From NCBI GenBank assembly GCA_035084275.1, contig CM068746.1:15934001-15998000 (forward strand): a stretch of 64,000 bases of DNA, given 5' to 3'. The notes under the pieces were generated by a model that was given only the letters and a program-made list of their open reading frames with translations, was not told where the DNA came from and made no database searches. The DNA is from Hydrolagus colliei. Taxonomy: Eukaryota. The position numbers and the translations under genes are program-made. Positions 1 through 11,457 of the stretch are shown here, in pieces (within the stretch, counting starts at the first letter, position 1; the number at the start of each line of letters is the position of its first letter).

Positions 1-329
1 CAATGGCATTACAGTATTTTAAACCAGGCATAACGTTATATTGATACTCAAGTTCTTGGAACAAACTAATAGATTGATACTTTGTTCAAATGCAAGAAAA
101 CGTGAATCGCTCATCTACTGAATTGGAGACGAAGTTGAACTCAGGCAGCAATTGTCTTGAACGAAAGTGTCTAGTGTCAAACAATACACCGAAAAACACA
201 ATGGCATGAATCACAGATGAGAGACAGATTTCAAACTCAGGTGCCAACTACCAAGACAGGTACACTATTTCATCTACAAATAGAACATGGTGTCTTTATC
301 TTAAAATAATCTATTGATAAAAAAGTTAC

Positions 330-402
330 CTTCCATTCATTCTCATTTTTGAGGTCGGATGTGAGAAGTCTCAACTTTTTGTCAGCATCTGCTGTGCACA
401 AT
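330..402 (-). CDS. NUP37: NUP37 coding exon 3 (gene continues beyond left edge)
   Basis: tcttacag|A TTG TGC ACA GCA GAT...TGG AAG|gtaac. 73 nt, (R)LCTADADKKLRLLTSDLKNENEWK, matching recalled human FCTSAADMKIRLFTSDLQDKNEYK. Phase fits the previous exon. Confidence 0.93.
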
Positions 403-683
403 CTGTAAGAGTTGAGAGATAGTTAAAAGAAAACAAGCAATAACAGCAAATCAAACCAAACATAAAAGTTGGATGTTCCCTTTGATTTCAGTTGAACATG
501 AAACATAATTATTCACTCAAATAATTTTTTCCTTGTGCTTTCCAAATTTGACAAAATTAGTGAGATATTAGAGCCGCTACTTTCAGGTAGACCATGCATT
601 TTTGTACTCTCTTCTAAAGATGAACTTTCTCTTCCATAGCCGACCCTTTATGTTACTTCCTCCAATCAATACAGTAGGTATTA

Positions 684-1286
684 CAGTAAAAGCCTGTTTA
701 TCCGGCACCCTTGGGACCTGACCAATGCCGGTTAACACGTGTGCCGGATATTTATTAAAAAATAAAAAAATTTAATATTTTTTTACAAAAATACAATATT
801 AATAATAGACTAAATAATAACAGAATATTGTATGGATACTTACCAATAAAGCAATAAATATCAAGTTACAGTCTATAAATACAGCACACAATCAAAGTTT
901 TTTTTCTCTCCCTCCTTCCCTCTTTCTTTCACATACACAGTCAACTGTTCCAAACCGAACCCCCCTCCACTCCTCTCATTTTCCATCTAAATTAATCAAC
1001 TCCCCCACCCTCTCTCTTCCCCACCTCTTTCTTTCTCTGCCCCCCCCCCTCCTTCCCCTACTCTACCGCAGCATTAAAAAGTAATTGTACTGTATTCGTT
1101 GTGAGGGAAAAAAATGGCAGTGCCAGCTTCAGGCACTAGTAGCAGCATACCAAAATACTGAGAGAGAGAAAAAAATACAATTGAGCCAGACAAGACCCAA
1201 TTAATCGAATTCCGGACCTTTGTTTTGAGGTGCCAGTTATACGGAAGTTACGGTTGATCAGGTCATGGATAAACAGGCTTTTACTG
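684..1286 (+). mobile_element. Non-autonomous Tc1/mariner (pogo/Tigger-like) MITE, copy 1
   Basis: TA|CAGTAAAAGCCTGTTTATCC ... GGATAAACAGGCTTTTACTG|TA terminal inverted repeats with TA duplication; no transposase ORF. Confidence 0.85.
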
Positions 1287-1976
1287 TATATGGTTTTCCA
1301 TGGACTGAATATTATAAGAAATTGACTGACATATTTCACCTACAAAATACAGTCACTCCACTTTACAAAATATTCTGTGAAGCACGTGATAAGATGCTAT
1401 ATCAAATGTAACAATTATTATTATTAAAACATGCTCTGGATCTAACATCCAGTTACAAAAGTTTCTTCTTTCATTTAAGCCATATTCCATTTTTACTGCA
1501 TTTTTCCATTGGCCTGATTAAAACACTGTAGCAATCAGTTTCCATTTGGACTCTTTAAGACTGCCAAATCTGCATCTGCCAGCTGTACATGTGTGGAGGC
1601 AGAATTAAGGATACAAAAAAAACTCTTCAGCCAAAGTAAATCCCATTATCCAAAAGTATGGTCTCCAAACATATAGTGCCACCAGCTCCTAATCCCTCTA
1701 ATCAGGAAGCTAGGATGCTGATTACATAGGGGAAGACTGATTCTCAACATACAACTGCAGTAAGAATTACACAAAGCTTACTTTTTTTTTAAAAAAGTGA
1801 AAATTTACACTGAACGTAAGAAAAATGTAACACTGTTGAGGACTTAATAAATGATTACAAGCTATTTCCTTTCTGGAAGTGTGATAGATGAATATACAGT
1901 ATTAATCCTCTGTCGACCACCACAATGGTTGAATAGTTTTAAAAAGACGTTTTCCCCCCACGAGATCTTCAATATT

Positions 1977-2762
1977 CAGTAAATGTCCGTTTATTCCTGA
2001 CCCGATCAACTGTAACTTCCGTATAACCGGCACCTCAAAAAAAGTCCCCATTCGAATAACCGGATCTTATCCGGCACAATCGCAGAGGCGCATTTAATGA
2101 GTTGATTGTCGCAGGAGAGTGCAGAGTGATTAGCGGCACCAATAGTGGCGCTTCCGGGTTTTCATCTTAAAGGTACACTGTTTTTTCTCTCTCTCTCTCT
2201 CTCACTCTCTCTCTCTCTCTCTCTCTCTTTCTTTCCCTCTCTCTCTGACAGATACTACATATTGCTTGTATAGCCTGACTGTATTGTGGGTTTATACAGT
2301 TTTGGTGGTGGTGGGGGGTGGGGAGAAAAAGAGAGGAGGGAAGAGGGGGGGGTGAGTTGATTAATTTAAATGGAAAATGAGGAGTGGAGGGGGGTTGGGT
2401 TTGGAGCCATTGAGATGCCAGACTGACTGACTGTGTGTGTACCCCTTTAAGAAGTAAAACAAAATCTTCCATCCACCATTGTAGAAGTTTGCTTTATGAT
2501 TGTGTGCTGTGTTTATAGATATTTATTGTAATCAATATTTATTGCTTTATTGGTAAATATCCATATAACATTCAGTTATTATTTAGTCTATTATTAATAT
2601 TGTATGTTTACTTTTTTTAATAATTAAAAATTTATTTAATTTTTTTTTTTAAGTTACTTTTTTTGTGTTGGGTTTTCGGCAGCTGGCCGTTAGAATATCC
2701 GACACGTGGTTTAACCGGCATTGGCCAGGTCCCGAGGGTGCCAGATAAACGGTCTTTTATTG
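1977..2762 (-). mobile_element. Same MITE family, copy 2, inverted relative to copy 1; contains a (CT)n tract at ~2186-2246
   Basis: Degenerate TIRs cagtaaatgtccgtttat / ataaacggtcttttattg. Internal blocks are reverse complements of 684-1286 (e.g. ttaatcaactc, gtataaccggcacctcaaaa). Confidence 0.8.
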
Positions 2763-2891
2763 TAATGTCTCCATATTTTTTCCTATAGTTTCAAAATATT
2801 TTAGCCATGTTCAAAACATTTTAGCCATGGCTTTCCCTTTTTATATTTCAGCTGACCTCCTGCCTCTCCACACAGGATGAAACTGCTCAGA

Positions 2892-3181
2892 ATAATAATA
2901 AAAATAATAGGTGCATTTGATGTTTCACGGTCTTCTAGATATCTCAAAAGTGCTTCACAGAATATACTGTAAAGTGAATTGACTATTTTTGTCACTGTAA
3001 TGTGGCAGCCAATTGCACACAGCAGTGTCCCACAAACAGTTGTGGATTGAGTGACCAAATTATTGTTTTTTTGAGGGATTATTATCAGGCATGTGTGGTA
3101 AGGAAATATACCCAAGGTTTCGCCCTGCCAGGTCTCTTGCTTACGAAGCGAGTGCTGTAACTACTGAGCTACAGGGCTCCA
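2892..3181 (-). mobile_element. tRNA-headed Deu-type SINE
   Basis: Reverse complement of the family consensus: ggagccctgtagctcagt head, tgtttgtgggacactgctgtg core, L2-like tail with (TTA)n. Confidence 0.85.
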
Positions 3182-3614
3182 AAAGGATATTAATAATAAG
3201 AAGAATAATTCTTGCATTTGATATAGCGCTTTTCACGTTATCTCAAAGCGCTTCACAGAATATACTGTAAAGTTAAGTGACTGTATATTTGTGGGTGAAA
3301 CCAAGAGAGAAACAGTAGGATAAACATGTTGGAAAACAACAGCTGTCTGGGTACAATGGGTTGTTGGTTAGTTGTCAAGAACAGGAAGAGCTACTCGTTC
3401 CATTGTTGAATGATGATACGGGAGAGACATATAAATAATTTGGCATTAAGATGGTCTGAAACCTTTTCTCAGAACCATTATATTTGTTATTTACAAATAA
3501 TTAACTAAACGAAGTTCAGTGGCTCAATCAGTTTGCATCAAAATTGTTTTCTCCAAGAAAATACACCTACTGATCAGTAAAAGCTGATATACTGATATAC
3601 TGATCAGTATATTA

Positions 3615-3837
3615 CAGTAAAAGCCTGTTTATCCAGCACCCTCGGGACCTGGCCAATGCCGTATAAAGTGCCTGCCGGATATTCGGCTGAAAACGCAAAA
3701 AAAAAAAAAAAATAATTTTTAAGTTTCAATGCATTTTCCCAGATAAATTCCAGTTAATCAAATGCAGACTTTTTTTTGCTATACTGGTTATACGGAAGTT
3801 ATGGTTGACCGGGTGCCGGATAAATGGGCTTTTACTG
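3615..3837 (+). mobile_element. Same MITE family, copy 3 (internally deleted)
   Basis: TA|cagtaaaagcctgtttatcc ... ggataaatgggcttttactg|TA. Confidence 0.85.
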
Positions 3838-4403
3838 TACTAACATTTATTTGGAACTTGGCTCTAATAAATTACGATGGGACTCAGGCAACGTATTAGG
3901 AACCTTGAAGTTAGGGACCAATGGGGAGGGAGTGGAGTGGGGTGGGGGAAGGCAAAGAGAGGCATTGATAAGAGTAACACATGAAGAATAGGCTGATGGA
4001 CGGCTAATCTTTTTGTTTTCTTATACTGTACTACTCACACATTTTTAAGCTTAAGATACAAATTCCTGATCAATGATGAGAATCCAAATTGGTTTGTATT
4101 CTTGGAGTAAAGTTACTGTTCAGTGTTTTATTCAAGATATTAGCAAAGGTAATTCAATTTCATGACATGTAGAAATAGTGTAACAGTATTATCCTGGAGT
4201 GAAATACAGTATGGGGTTAATAATGATCCTATTGTTGAGGCTGAAAGGAGCCACAATTAAGCTTGCTTACCCTTGTACTAAAATTCTGAAGTTTTATTTC
4301 CAAATGAATGCATCTATACCAGTCATATCACCACTGAATTTAGTTCCAAGCTGAAACAGTTTAAACACTGAAAATAGGATAATGAACATGAGTGCTATCC
4401 TAC

Positions 4404-4528
4404 CTGAGGACCTGTGGCACAGTGTCAAGTTTAGTTTCTGGACTCCAAGCAATTGCATCCACACGAATACCGCGATGAAAAGTCTTCAGTGTATTGTATT
4501 CTACACCTTTAATTTCAGTGTCTTCTTC
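4404..4528 (-). CDS. NUP37: NUP37 coding exon 2
   Basis: ttttag|GAA GAA GAC...CTC AG|gtagg. 125 nt, EEDTEIKGVEYNTLKTFHRGIRVDAIAWSPETKLDTVPQVL(R), vs human EEEADVEGIQYKTLRTFHHGVRVDGIAWSPETRLDSLPPVIK. Confidence 0.95.
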
Positions 4529-4849
4529 CTAAAATAGATTGAAAAATAGGATTTTGAATATTCATCCTGTACTGGCATTCGGAATAGGTGATACCTCTTA
4601 TTGCCTTATAATTTGTGTGTGAGAACCTGTTACCTAATTTTTTCACAGGTTCTGAGCTTGACCATGCAACAAAGCTCATTGCCATTATCACAATGTTGCA
4701 TGTGCAGTGTGGGTCTGGAGGAGATAAGAGCATTGGTGCTCATACAGGTAAGATTGAAACTAGGAAAGCACTGAGAACAGGGACTTGAATTTGAAAGCAG
4801 CATGGACTAAAGAAATACTCTTTCATCTTTGCTGGCTAATGAAAGCTCC

Positions 4850-5093
4850 AAAATACGGGGGTCTTAAAATTAGAGTGAAATCAGGAAGCATTTTTTTTAC
4901 TCAGAGGGTGGTGTAAATCTGGAATTCTCTCCCCAAAAAGCCTTGGATGCTGGATCCATCTACACCTTCAAGAGTGAGGTTAAGATTTTTGGTGGAGAAA
5001 TAATTTGAATTGAAAGGATTGGTTGAGGTACAGATCAGCCATGATCTAATTAAATGGTGGAACAGGCTCAAATGGCCTACTCCCATTCCTATG
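4850..5093 (+). mobile_element. CR1 LINE 3' fragment
   Basis: tttttactcagagggtggtg...tggaattctctcccc, plus the 3' UTR motif cagatcagccatgatctaattaaatggtggaacaggctc...ggcctactcc that recurs at 16915-16995, ~47740 and ~62860. Confidence 0.7.
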
Positions 5094-5804
5094 AAACGAA
5101 AAAAGTAATACTTGAGGCTAGGTCTCAAGAAGCATTGTTCATTCAATTGAGAGAATATACTGAAAGATTTTGAACAGCTTGAATTATTGATATTTATGTG
5201 AGATAATGGCACAATGGGTTAAGAGACCTGAATTTGAAAGCAATTTAAACAAACATTGAAGTCTTATTTCACTGGCTGAATTCTACAACTGAATTTTTCA
5301 TGAGATTACTAACAAGATATCCAAAAAGTTAAATTTCCATATTAAGTTCAATCTCCTCCAGCAAAATTCATAAAGGTGTAAGATTTGATAATAGAACATA
5401 TCCCTGGGAAGTTTAATAGAAACCTTAACACTGTTAAGACAAAAATATCAATGGATTTTCATTAGATTGTGAATCCAAACTCTAATTCTTAGGTTAGATT
5501 TCAGACGTGAACTCTATGCAGTGTTGTAATACAGAAATGAATCAGTGTATTAGGCACATATGTTATCATCTTACATGTGCTTAACAGTAGCAAAATACCA
5601 TAGATTTTAGTAAGAGTCTAAGAATCATTCAAACTCTTCAATAATTTTATTCATAAAGGAGATTCATTCGCCAATCCCCAGGTGCTAGTTTCAAATCAAT
5701 GGTTGCAGTTGTTACATTTTTTTTTAAATGTGATGGTTACATTAATATGGCCAAAATTGCAATTATGCAATATAAATATTTGCTACTGTTGGTCTGTGTA
5801 CTAA

Positions 5805-5962
5805 GAAAAATATAAATAACTATAAATAAATATTTAATATAAATAATAGAAATATTTAATATAAATAATATAAATATATATTTAATATATATTTAATAGA
5901 AATAATAGAAATATTTAATAGAAATAATAGAAATATATAAATATTTAATATAAATAATAGAA
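5805..5962. repeat. AT-rich minisatellite (~21-bp unit aatatttaatataaataatag)
   Basis: Imperfect tandem copies visible directly. Confidence 0.8.
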
Positions 5963-6248
5963 AAAATGGGGGTGGAGGAAAAAAATGTTAAGATGATAAC
6001 ATATTTAACTAAGGTTTATGACTAATTTTAGAAGAGATTTCACAGGAAATTTATTTAATCTGTGGAACTTTTTTTTCCCCAGAATTAGAAGCATCATGTA
6101 AGTTACATTTTCAACAACAACTTATGTTTATATAGCGCCCTCCATGCTGGACGGCGTCTCAGAGTGCTTCAAACCAGAGTATGGTACTGTACTGTGTGTG
6201 CCGGAGGCGTTTAACAGAGCTTCTTTTATTCATGTTATTGTAATACTG

Positions 6249-6511
6249 TAATAATAATCTTTGTATTTGATATAGCGCTTTTCAGATCTTCTAGACGTCT
6301 CAAAGCGCTTCACAGAATATACTGTAATGTGACTTGACTGTATTTGTGGGCGAAACGGCAGCCAATTGCGGTGTCCCACAAACAGTCGCAGATTGAAATG
6401 ACCAATTTTTTTGGAGGGATTATTATCAGGCATGTAGCATAACGAAACTTGCCCAAGGTTTTGCCCTGACTGGAACTGAACCCAGGTCTCTCGCTTGCAA
6501 GGTGAGTGCTC
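6249..6511 (-). mobile_element. tRNA-headed Deu-type SINE (5'-truncated)
   Basis: Reverse complement of the family tail and core. Confidence 0.85.
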
Positions 6512-6557
6512 CGGTTTTCCAGAAGGGACCCCCTTGCCTTATTATAATAATATATTC

Positions 6558-6888
6558 TGTGGAGTCCTGGAGCTCAGTGGTTAGAGCACTTGCCGTACAA
6601 GCGTGAGACGTGTGTTCGAATTCAGGCAGGTCAGGGTGGAACCTTGGGCGAGTTTCCTAATAATAATAATAATAATAACGCCTAATAATAATCCCTCCAA
6701 AAAAAGCCACAATAATAAAACTGGTCATTTCAATCCACGGCTGTTTGTGGGACGCCGCTGTGCGCAACTGGCCGCCGAGTTTCACCTCCAGACATACAGT
6801 CAACCCACTTTACAGCACATTCTGTGAAGCGCTTTGAGACGTCTGGAAGACTTTGAAAAGCGCCATGTCAAATGCAGGGATTACTATT
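6558..6888 (+). mobile_element. tRNA-headed Deu-type SINE, full length
   Basis: A-box-like ggagctcagtggttagagc, B-box-like gttcgaattc, core gtttgtgggacgccgctgtgcgcaactggc, tail aagcgctttgagac...gaaaagcgcc...caaatgca. Confidence 0.88.
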
Positions 6889-7102
6889 AAAGCCAGTAAA
6901 ATACTGTAAACCCTGCAGCCTCTCACATGTGGGGACATTAAAGGGCAGTGAATAGAGGACACTGACTAGCAGAGCACGGTAACTAACCAGAGAGCCGAGG
7001 AGACAGTGAGCAATCCCATTGCTATGGTGCTAATGTGGCTGGAAGGCCCGGCCAGGGAGGGAAACCAAAGCAGTGACAGGACCGGGTGAGATGCGGACAA
7101 AC

Positions 7103-7267
7103 CTGGAATCTACACGTCCCCACAACTACATAGTGGCTGCCTCCATAGGCGAGGAGCCCCCCGGCCTGGCCGCTCTCGAAGGGGCTGAACTCGGCCACGT
7201 GAACGTACTCCTCCTCGCACTGGACAGAGCAGGTGGGGGTCCTGGCCGCGGCCACCGGGTCCTTCAT
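7103..7267 (-). CDS. NUP37: NUP37 coding exon 1 (nucleoporin Nup37, WD40)
   Basis: ATG at 7267, 55 codons MKDPVAAARTPTCSVQCEEEYVHVAEFSPFESGQAGGLLAYGGSHYVVVGTCRFQ|gtttg, vs human MKQDASRNAAYTVDCEDYVHVVEFNPFENGDSGNLIAYGGNNYVVIGTCTFQ. Confidence 0.95.
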
Positions 7268-7500
7268 CACTCCTCCGCCGCCGCCGAGCACCGAGCCCTG
7301 CCATTGGTCAGCTTCACATTCCCGCGACGCGTGCTATTGGCTGCCGCCCCGCCTATTCGGGGCTCCGATTGGCCAATCTCTGCTCGCACCCACCCCACCA
7401 CTCCCCGCGCTCCCATTGGTCTAACCGCTTGTGTTCCACCTGCTCTCTCCCTGATTGGTCGCTTGGTCGCTTATGCGGGAGATTTAAATTTCGAGACGGT
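7268..7500. promoter_or_regulatory. CpG-island bidirectional promoter of NUP37/PARPBP
   Basis: High CpG content; ATTGG at 7303, 7336, 7368, 7415, 7454; E2F-like TTCCCGCG 7319-7326; GC box ~7346; GCGGGAGATTTAAA (CDE/CHR-like) 7475-7488. Confidence 0.85.
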
Positions 7501-7530
7501 AGGAAGGGCGAGTGTTTTCTCTGAGAGCAG
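7490..7530 (+). other. PARPBP: Probable non-coding first exon of PARPBP (5' boundary uncertain)
   Basis: Donor GCAG|gtatgg at 7530/7531 at the CpG-island edge. The next exon has an acceptor 4 nt before the ATG, so an upstream exon is required. Confidence 0.65.
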
Positions 7531-7704
7531 GTATGGGATTTTTTTTTTTTTGCCAGTCTATCTTAACTTCAATCTTCTTAGCGCTAAATCGTTCTTTAAT
7601 TAACTTGACGTTTTTGGGGGACTTATTTATTGGGGTAAATATGTAATGCATCCTTGGTGTTCAGCAATTTGAATCTGTTGCAACTGACATAACAGCTGTC
7701 TATG

Positions 7705-8003
7705 GAAACACCCAGCAGGTCAGGCAGCATCTATGGAGAAGGGAAAGTGACTCAACGTTTTGGGTTCATGATCCTTCGTCAGAATTAGTTGTGGACGTGG
7801 ATGTTCGGCAGGGCTTTAAGGGTCATGGACCTGAAACGTTGACTCACTTCCCGCTCTGAGACACCGTCCGGCGTGGAGGGCGCTATATAAATTGGAGTTG
7901 TTGTTGTTCCCTGTCTCCATAGATGCTGCCTGACTTGCTGAGTGTTCCTACCGAGCCTCTGGTTTTGTTTCACGCTTCCAGCATCTGCAGTATTTTGTGT
8001 TTT
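7705..8003. mobile_element. Inverted pair of Penelope-like terminal repeats, with a short L2 tail inserted at ~7855-7908
   Basis: cagcaggtcaggcagcatctatggaga (7713-7739) is near-complementary to tctccatagatgctgcctgacttgctg (7914-7940); same family as 52540-52645. Confidence 0.65.
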
Positions 8004-8224
8004 GTATCAGCTGTCTGTTAGTTCATGTGCCTCAGATTTAAAAATGCTCTTATTTCTGGAATGGAGATTAACTCTCTTTCTCTTAACCAACGTTTTGTAC
8101 CTTGTTGCTTTGTGTCCAGCACCCCCGTGTATCAAACTTAGAATTCTGTTTCTCCAGATTGGCTTGTGCCAGCGCCTTCGCACCTCTGCACTGGCAGCAT
8201 CGACCTCCATTGTTGCACACTGTA

Positions 8225-8953
8225 CCTCACCATACCAATCAGTAACCTAGGTGTCTTGTTTGATCCTCAACTGTCTTTCCTCACCCTTTCCTCACATCCA
8301 CACCATGACCCGCTCTGCCTTCCCTCACCTCAGTAGCATTGTCTGTCTCCGCCACTCTACCTCACCCCTCAGGCTGCTGAGACTCCTTTTCATGCCTTCA
8401 TCGTGTCCAGGCTTGACTACGCAAATGCCCACTTGTTGGCCTTCCCAACTCCTCACTCCATAGGCTGCAGATCATTCAGAACTCTGCAGCCCGTGTCCTC
8501 TTCTACACCAAGCTCCATGACCCCATTCACACCCATTTCTATTGGCTCCCCATTACTCAGAAGATTCAATTTAAGATCCGAGTCCTAACCTTTAAAGCCC
8601 TCCATGGCCTTGCCCCACCCTACATCTGCAACCTACTAACCTGTAGGCTTCCCTCTACTGAGTGGTCTCCGGCCTGCTCCATGTCCCCTGACCCACCCGC
8701 CCCACCACTGGCGGGTAAGCCTTTAGCCACTCTGCCCCCAACCTCTGGAATTCCATCCTGCAATCCCTCCGCCTCGATCCCTCCCTAGCCTTCTTCAAGT
8801 CCCACCTCAAGAACGCCCCTCTTAAATGGTGCCATCGGTCACCCCCTTCGTTCCCTCCACCTCCCCAATCGTGAACCCTTGGATCTGAAACACTGACTGT
8901 CCTTGGGACATCCTCCTGACATGAAAGGCACTATATATATGTAATGTTGTTGC
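8225..8953 (+). mobile_element. L2 LINE 3' fragment
   Basis: Degenerate SRLDYANA / LQIIQNSAA / HWLP RT C-terminal motifs; tail gggacatcctcctgacatgaaaggcactata...(ttg)n. Confidence 0.88.
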
Positions 8954-9402
8954 TGTCATAGTCTAATTTCATGCCCGATTTTAAATGCCTGAATATTGCC
9001 TACTCGAGTTTTGGTTTCGCCAATCCCTAAAGATTATGATCATTCAGGATATTTATATTTTTCTCAAAATACAGTACATTACTTTTGGATTGCTTCTATT
9101 GAATCCCACCTGCCTGTTATCTGCCTACTCTACTAACCATTGTCAAATATTTAAATTAATGTTTTCTTCTGTATTCAGAGAGGTGGTTGGATGCTTACTA
9201 CAACTCTCTACCATTGCTGGGTGAAGCCAGAAGCTTTGTGTTTCCCTACAGAAACCTCCCATTTGTCTATGGGTTTAGTCACATGACTAGTCTTGTGACT
9301 TGAGAATTTAGGTTCCAAAACTTTGTTATTATATGTGTTGTGTTTGTCCTTGCAACATAAAAATCTAATGCGTTTGTTTTAAAAAAAAATTCTTTTAGGA
9401 TC

Positions 9403-9552
9403 ATGGATTGCGTTCAGTTGAAGCTATTGCAGGTGATAAAAACATTCAGAAAAGAGCGTTATAAATTGTCTGAATCTGAAAGAACCACAGTATGTGGTGC
9501 GGATAGCATGTTCATGGTCTTGCAGCTTGCCATGGCAGAAATAAATAAAGAG
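9403..9552 (+). CDS. PARPBP: PARPBP (PARI) coding exon 1
   Basis: ttttag|gatcATG. 50 codons MDCVQLKLLQVIKTFRKERYKLSESERTTVCGADSMFMVLQLAMAEINKE|gtacg, vs human ...[26 protein letters not shown]. Confidence 0.95.
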
Positions 9553-10498
9553 GTACGTGCCTTCTCCATTATCTGTCACTATCTGTCTTCCCTAATTTGC
9601 ATCTGATGCTCTATTTTCCTGGTTCCACTGCAATATTTCCTGGTTCTGCTCAGTGGTTAGAGTTTTGCAAGTGAGAGACTTGGGTTATAGGGATACATTC
9701 ATGTGGTGCATTCCCAGTAAATCTATCTGCATCCTTCCAGATGACTGCTACCATGCAGCAGCTGCTCAAGAGATAAAACATCATGCTGTCTTGTCAATGG
9801 CCCTGCACCAGCAGTCTCTATCATCAGCTAGGACCACAGTAGTCTGAAAATAGATGTGCATTATTTGGTGTTCTCTTAAATGTCACATGGATATCTCCCC
9901 ATCACAATGAAGAATTCCAATCCTAAATTGGCTCCCAGTTCAACAACTATGGGATACTGCATCCAGTTGGTCTTCTACTGATTTATGGTATTTAGCTATC
10001 ACCCTCCCTCTTCCTACCTCTAGAATCTCAATCCAGTATTGATAAACAGGACTTAGCCTACTTAGATCCCAACCTAAGTTTAGACATTGATTTTATTTCC
10101 AAATATTGACATGTAAGACTTTGGCATCCCATTTCACTGAAAGAGATTGAAGGTCACTAATTTATCAGCTGGATAGAACTGCCCGATCGACTAAATCTGT
10201 TGTATGCCATACTTCCCTGCACATATGGTACTCTAGTCTATCTCTTCCCTCCGCCCCCACCATCCCACCCCCACTACCAATACACATGCAGACTAGCTCT
10301 GTAAAAATTACAGTTCCAGAAGAGAATGAATAGGTTTAAATAGTTGTTTCGCTCCTGCAAAAGCAAAACTTTAACAGAGAGCCGACAGTGACAACAGATA
10401 TTTAATTTTTTCTGGTATCAAATATAGATTATACAGTTGCATCTTTGCACAACAGAGATGCAAATCCATCTCAGTTTAATTTATGATGAGTAATTTAT

Positions 10499-10838
10499 TG
10501 TGGAGCTCCTGTGGCTTAGTGGTTAGAGCACTTGTCTTACAAGCTGGGGAGACCAAGCTGGGGAGACCTGTGTTTGAATCCAGGCAGGTCAGGGCGAAAC
10601 CTTGGGCAAGTTTCCTTACTCCACACGCCTAATAATAATCCCTCCAAAAAAAACCACAATAATAAAATTGGTCATTTCAATCCACGACTGTGTGCGGGAC
10701 ACTGCTGTGCGCAATTGGCTGCCGCGATTCGCCCACAAATATATACAGTCAATTCACTTTACAGTATATTCTGTGAAGCGCTTTGGGACGTTGACAAGAT
10801 GTGGAAAGCGCTATATCAAATGCAAGGATTATTATTAG
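10499..10838 (+). mobile_element. tRNA-headed Deu-type SINE, full length, with an internal 14-bp duplication
   Basis: Family consensus plus aagctggggagacc x2. Confidence 0.9.
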
Positions 10839-11108
10839 TATTAAATTTGTTACAGATGTATTACAGGTACCAATTGAAATTACAGTCACATGTTATGCTA
10901 TTAACTCTGAGTCATTCTTGCTCGTAGTTCAGTCCAATAAAGAGTGTGTGCACTCTGCATGTACAAACTGAAAAGCAGCACTGAATGCAAGTAAAGTTTG
11001 TCAGTTATTGTTAGAGTTGGGCACGTGTTTTTGTTTCTCTCATCTTACCTTGCTTACTTTGCAACCTTTTCTTTTGTTGAATATTGCTTTTCTGCATTCA
11101 CTCCTTAG

Positions 11109-11342
11109 TCCTGTGGAGAATTCAGCATTGCCTTAAGTGACGTGCTTGTAACGTGGAGACACTTGCTTCAGGAGAAACTAAACCTATTGAGTGAAAATGA
11201 AGCAGCGCCAGAAGAATATGTGAACGTTCGAAAAGCTTATGATACTTTCCTGAACAGAAGCAACTCTGTCGACCTGATTGATGTGCACAGGATTTGTATT
11301 GAATTAAAATCTGAAAATGAAATTGGAGAAATGTTGTCTATG
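11109..11342 (+). CDS. PARPBP: PARPBP coding exon 2
   Basis: ccttag|TCC TGT GGA GAA TTC...TCT ATG|gtatg. 234 nt, SCGEFSIALSDVLVTWRHLLQEKLNL..., vs human HSGEFTVSLSDVLLTWKYLLHEKLNL. Confidence 0.95.
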
Positions 11343-11457
11343 GTATGTTGACAGTGTGAATATTTTGCATAAAGTTGCATACTTGTTTATTATATATATA
11401 TTGATTTATGTTCGGAGTGGTGTGTAATAGAGTAACTAACTGGACTTTTACTGCTAG

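Noticed and set aside
1-329. Possible further NUP37 exon near the left edge
   Set aside because: I found no minus-strand frame resembling the expected next exon (VLEGHTDFINGLVF...); it presumably lies outside the window.
6558-6640. tRNA-like sequences (also 10499, 23417, 26482, 27520, 53085, 62529)
   Set aside because: A/B-box heads of the SINE family, always followed by SINE core or tail; no complete cloverleaf.
7073-7603. 176-aa plus-strand ORF across the CpG island
   Set aside because: Non-ATG start, antisense to NUP37 exon 1 and running through promoter motifs; a stop-poor GC-rich artefact.
10532-10927. Recurring similar short ORFs (MGKFPYST..., ...HFTVYSVKRF...) that look like a gene family
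   Set aside because: All are translations of the same SINE consensus.
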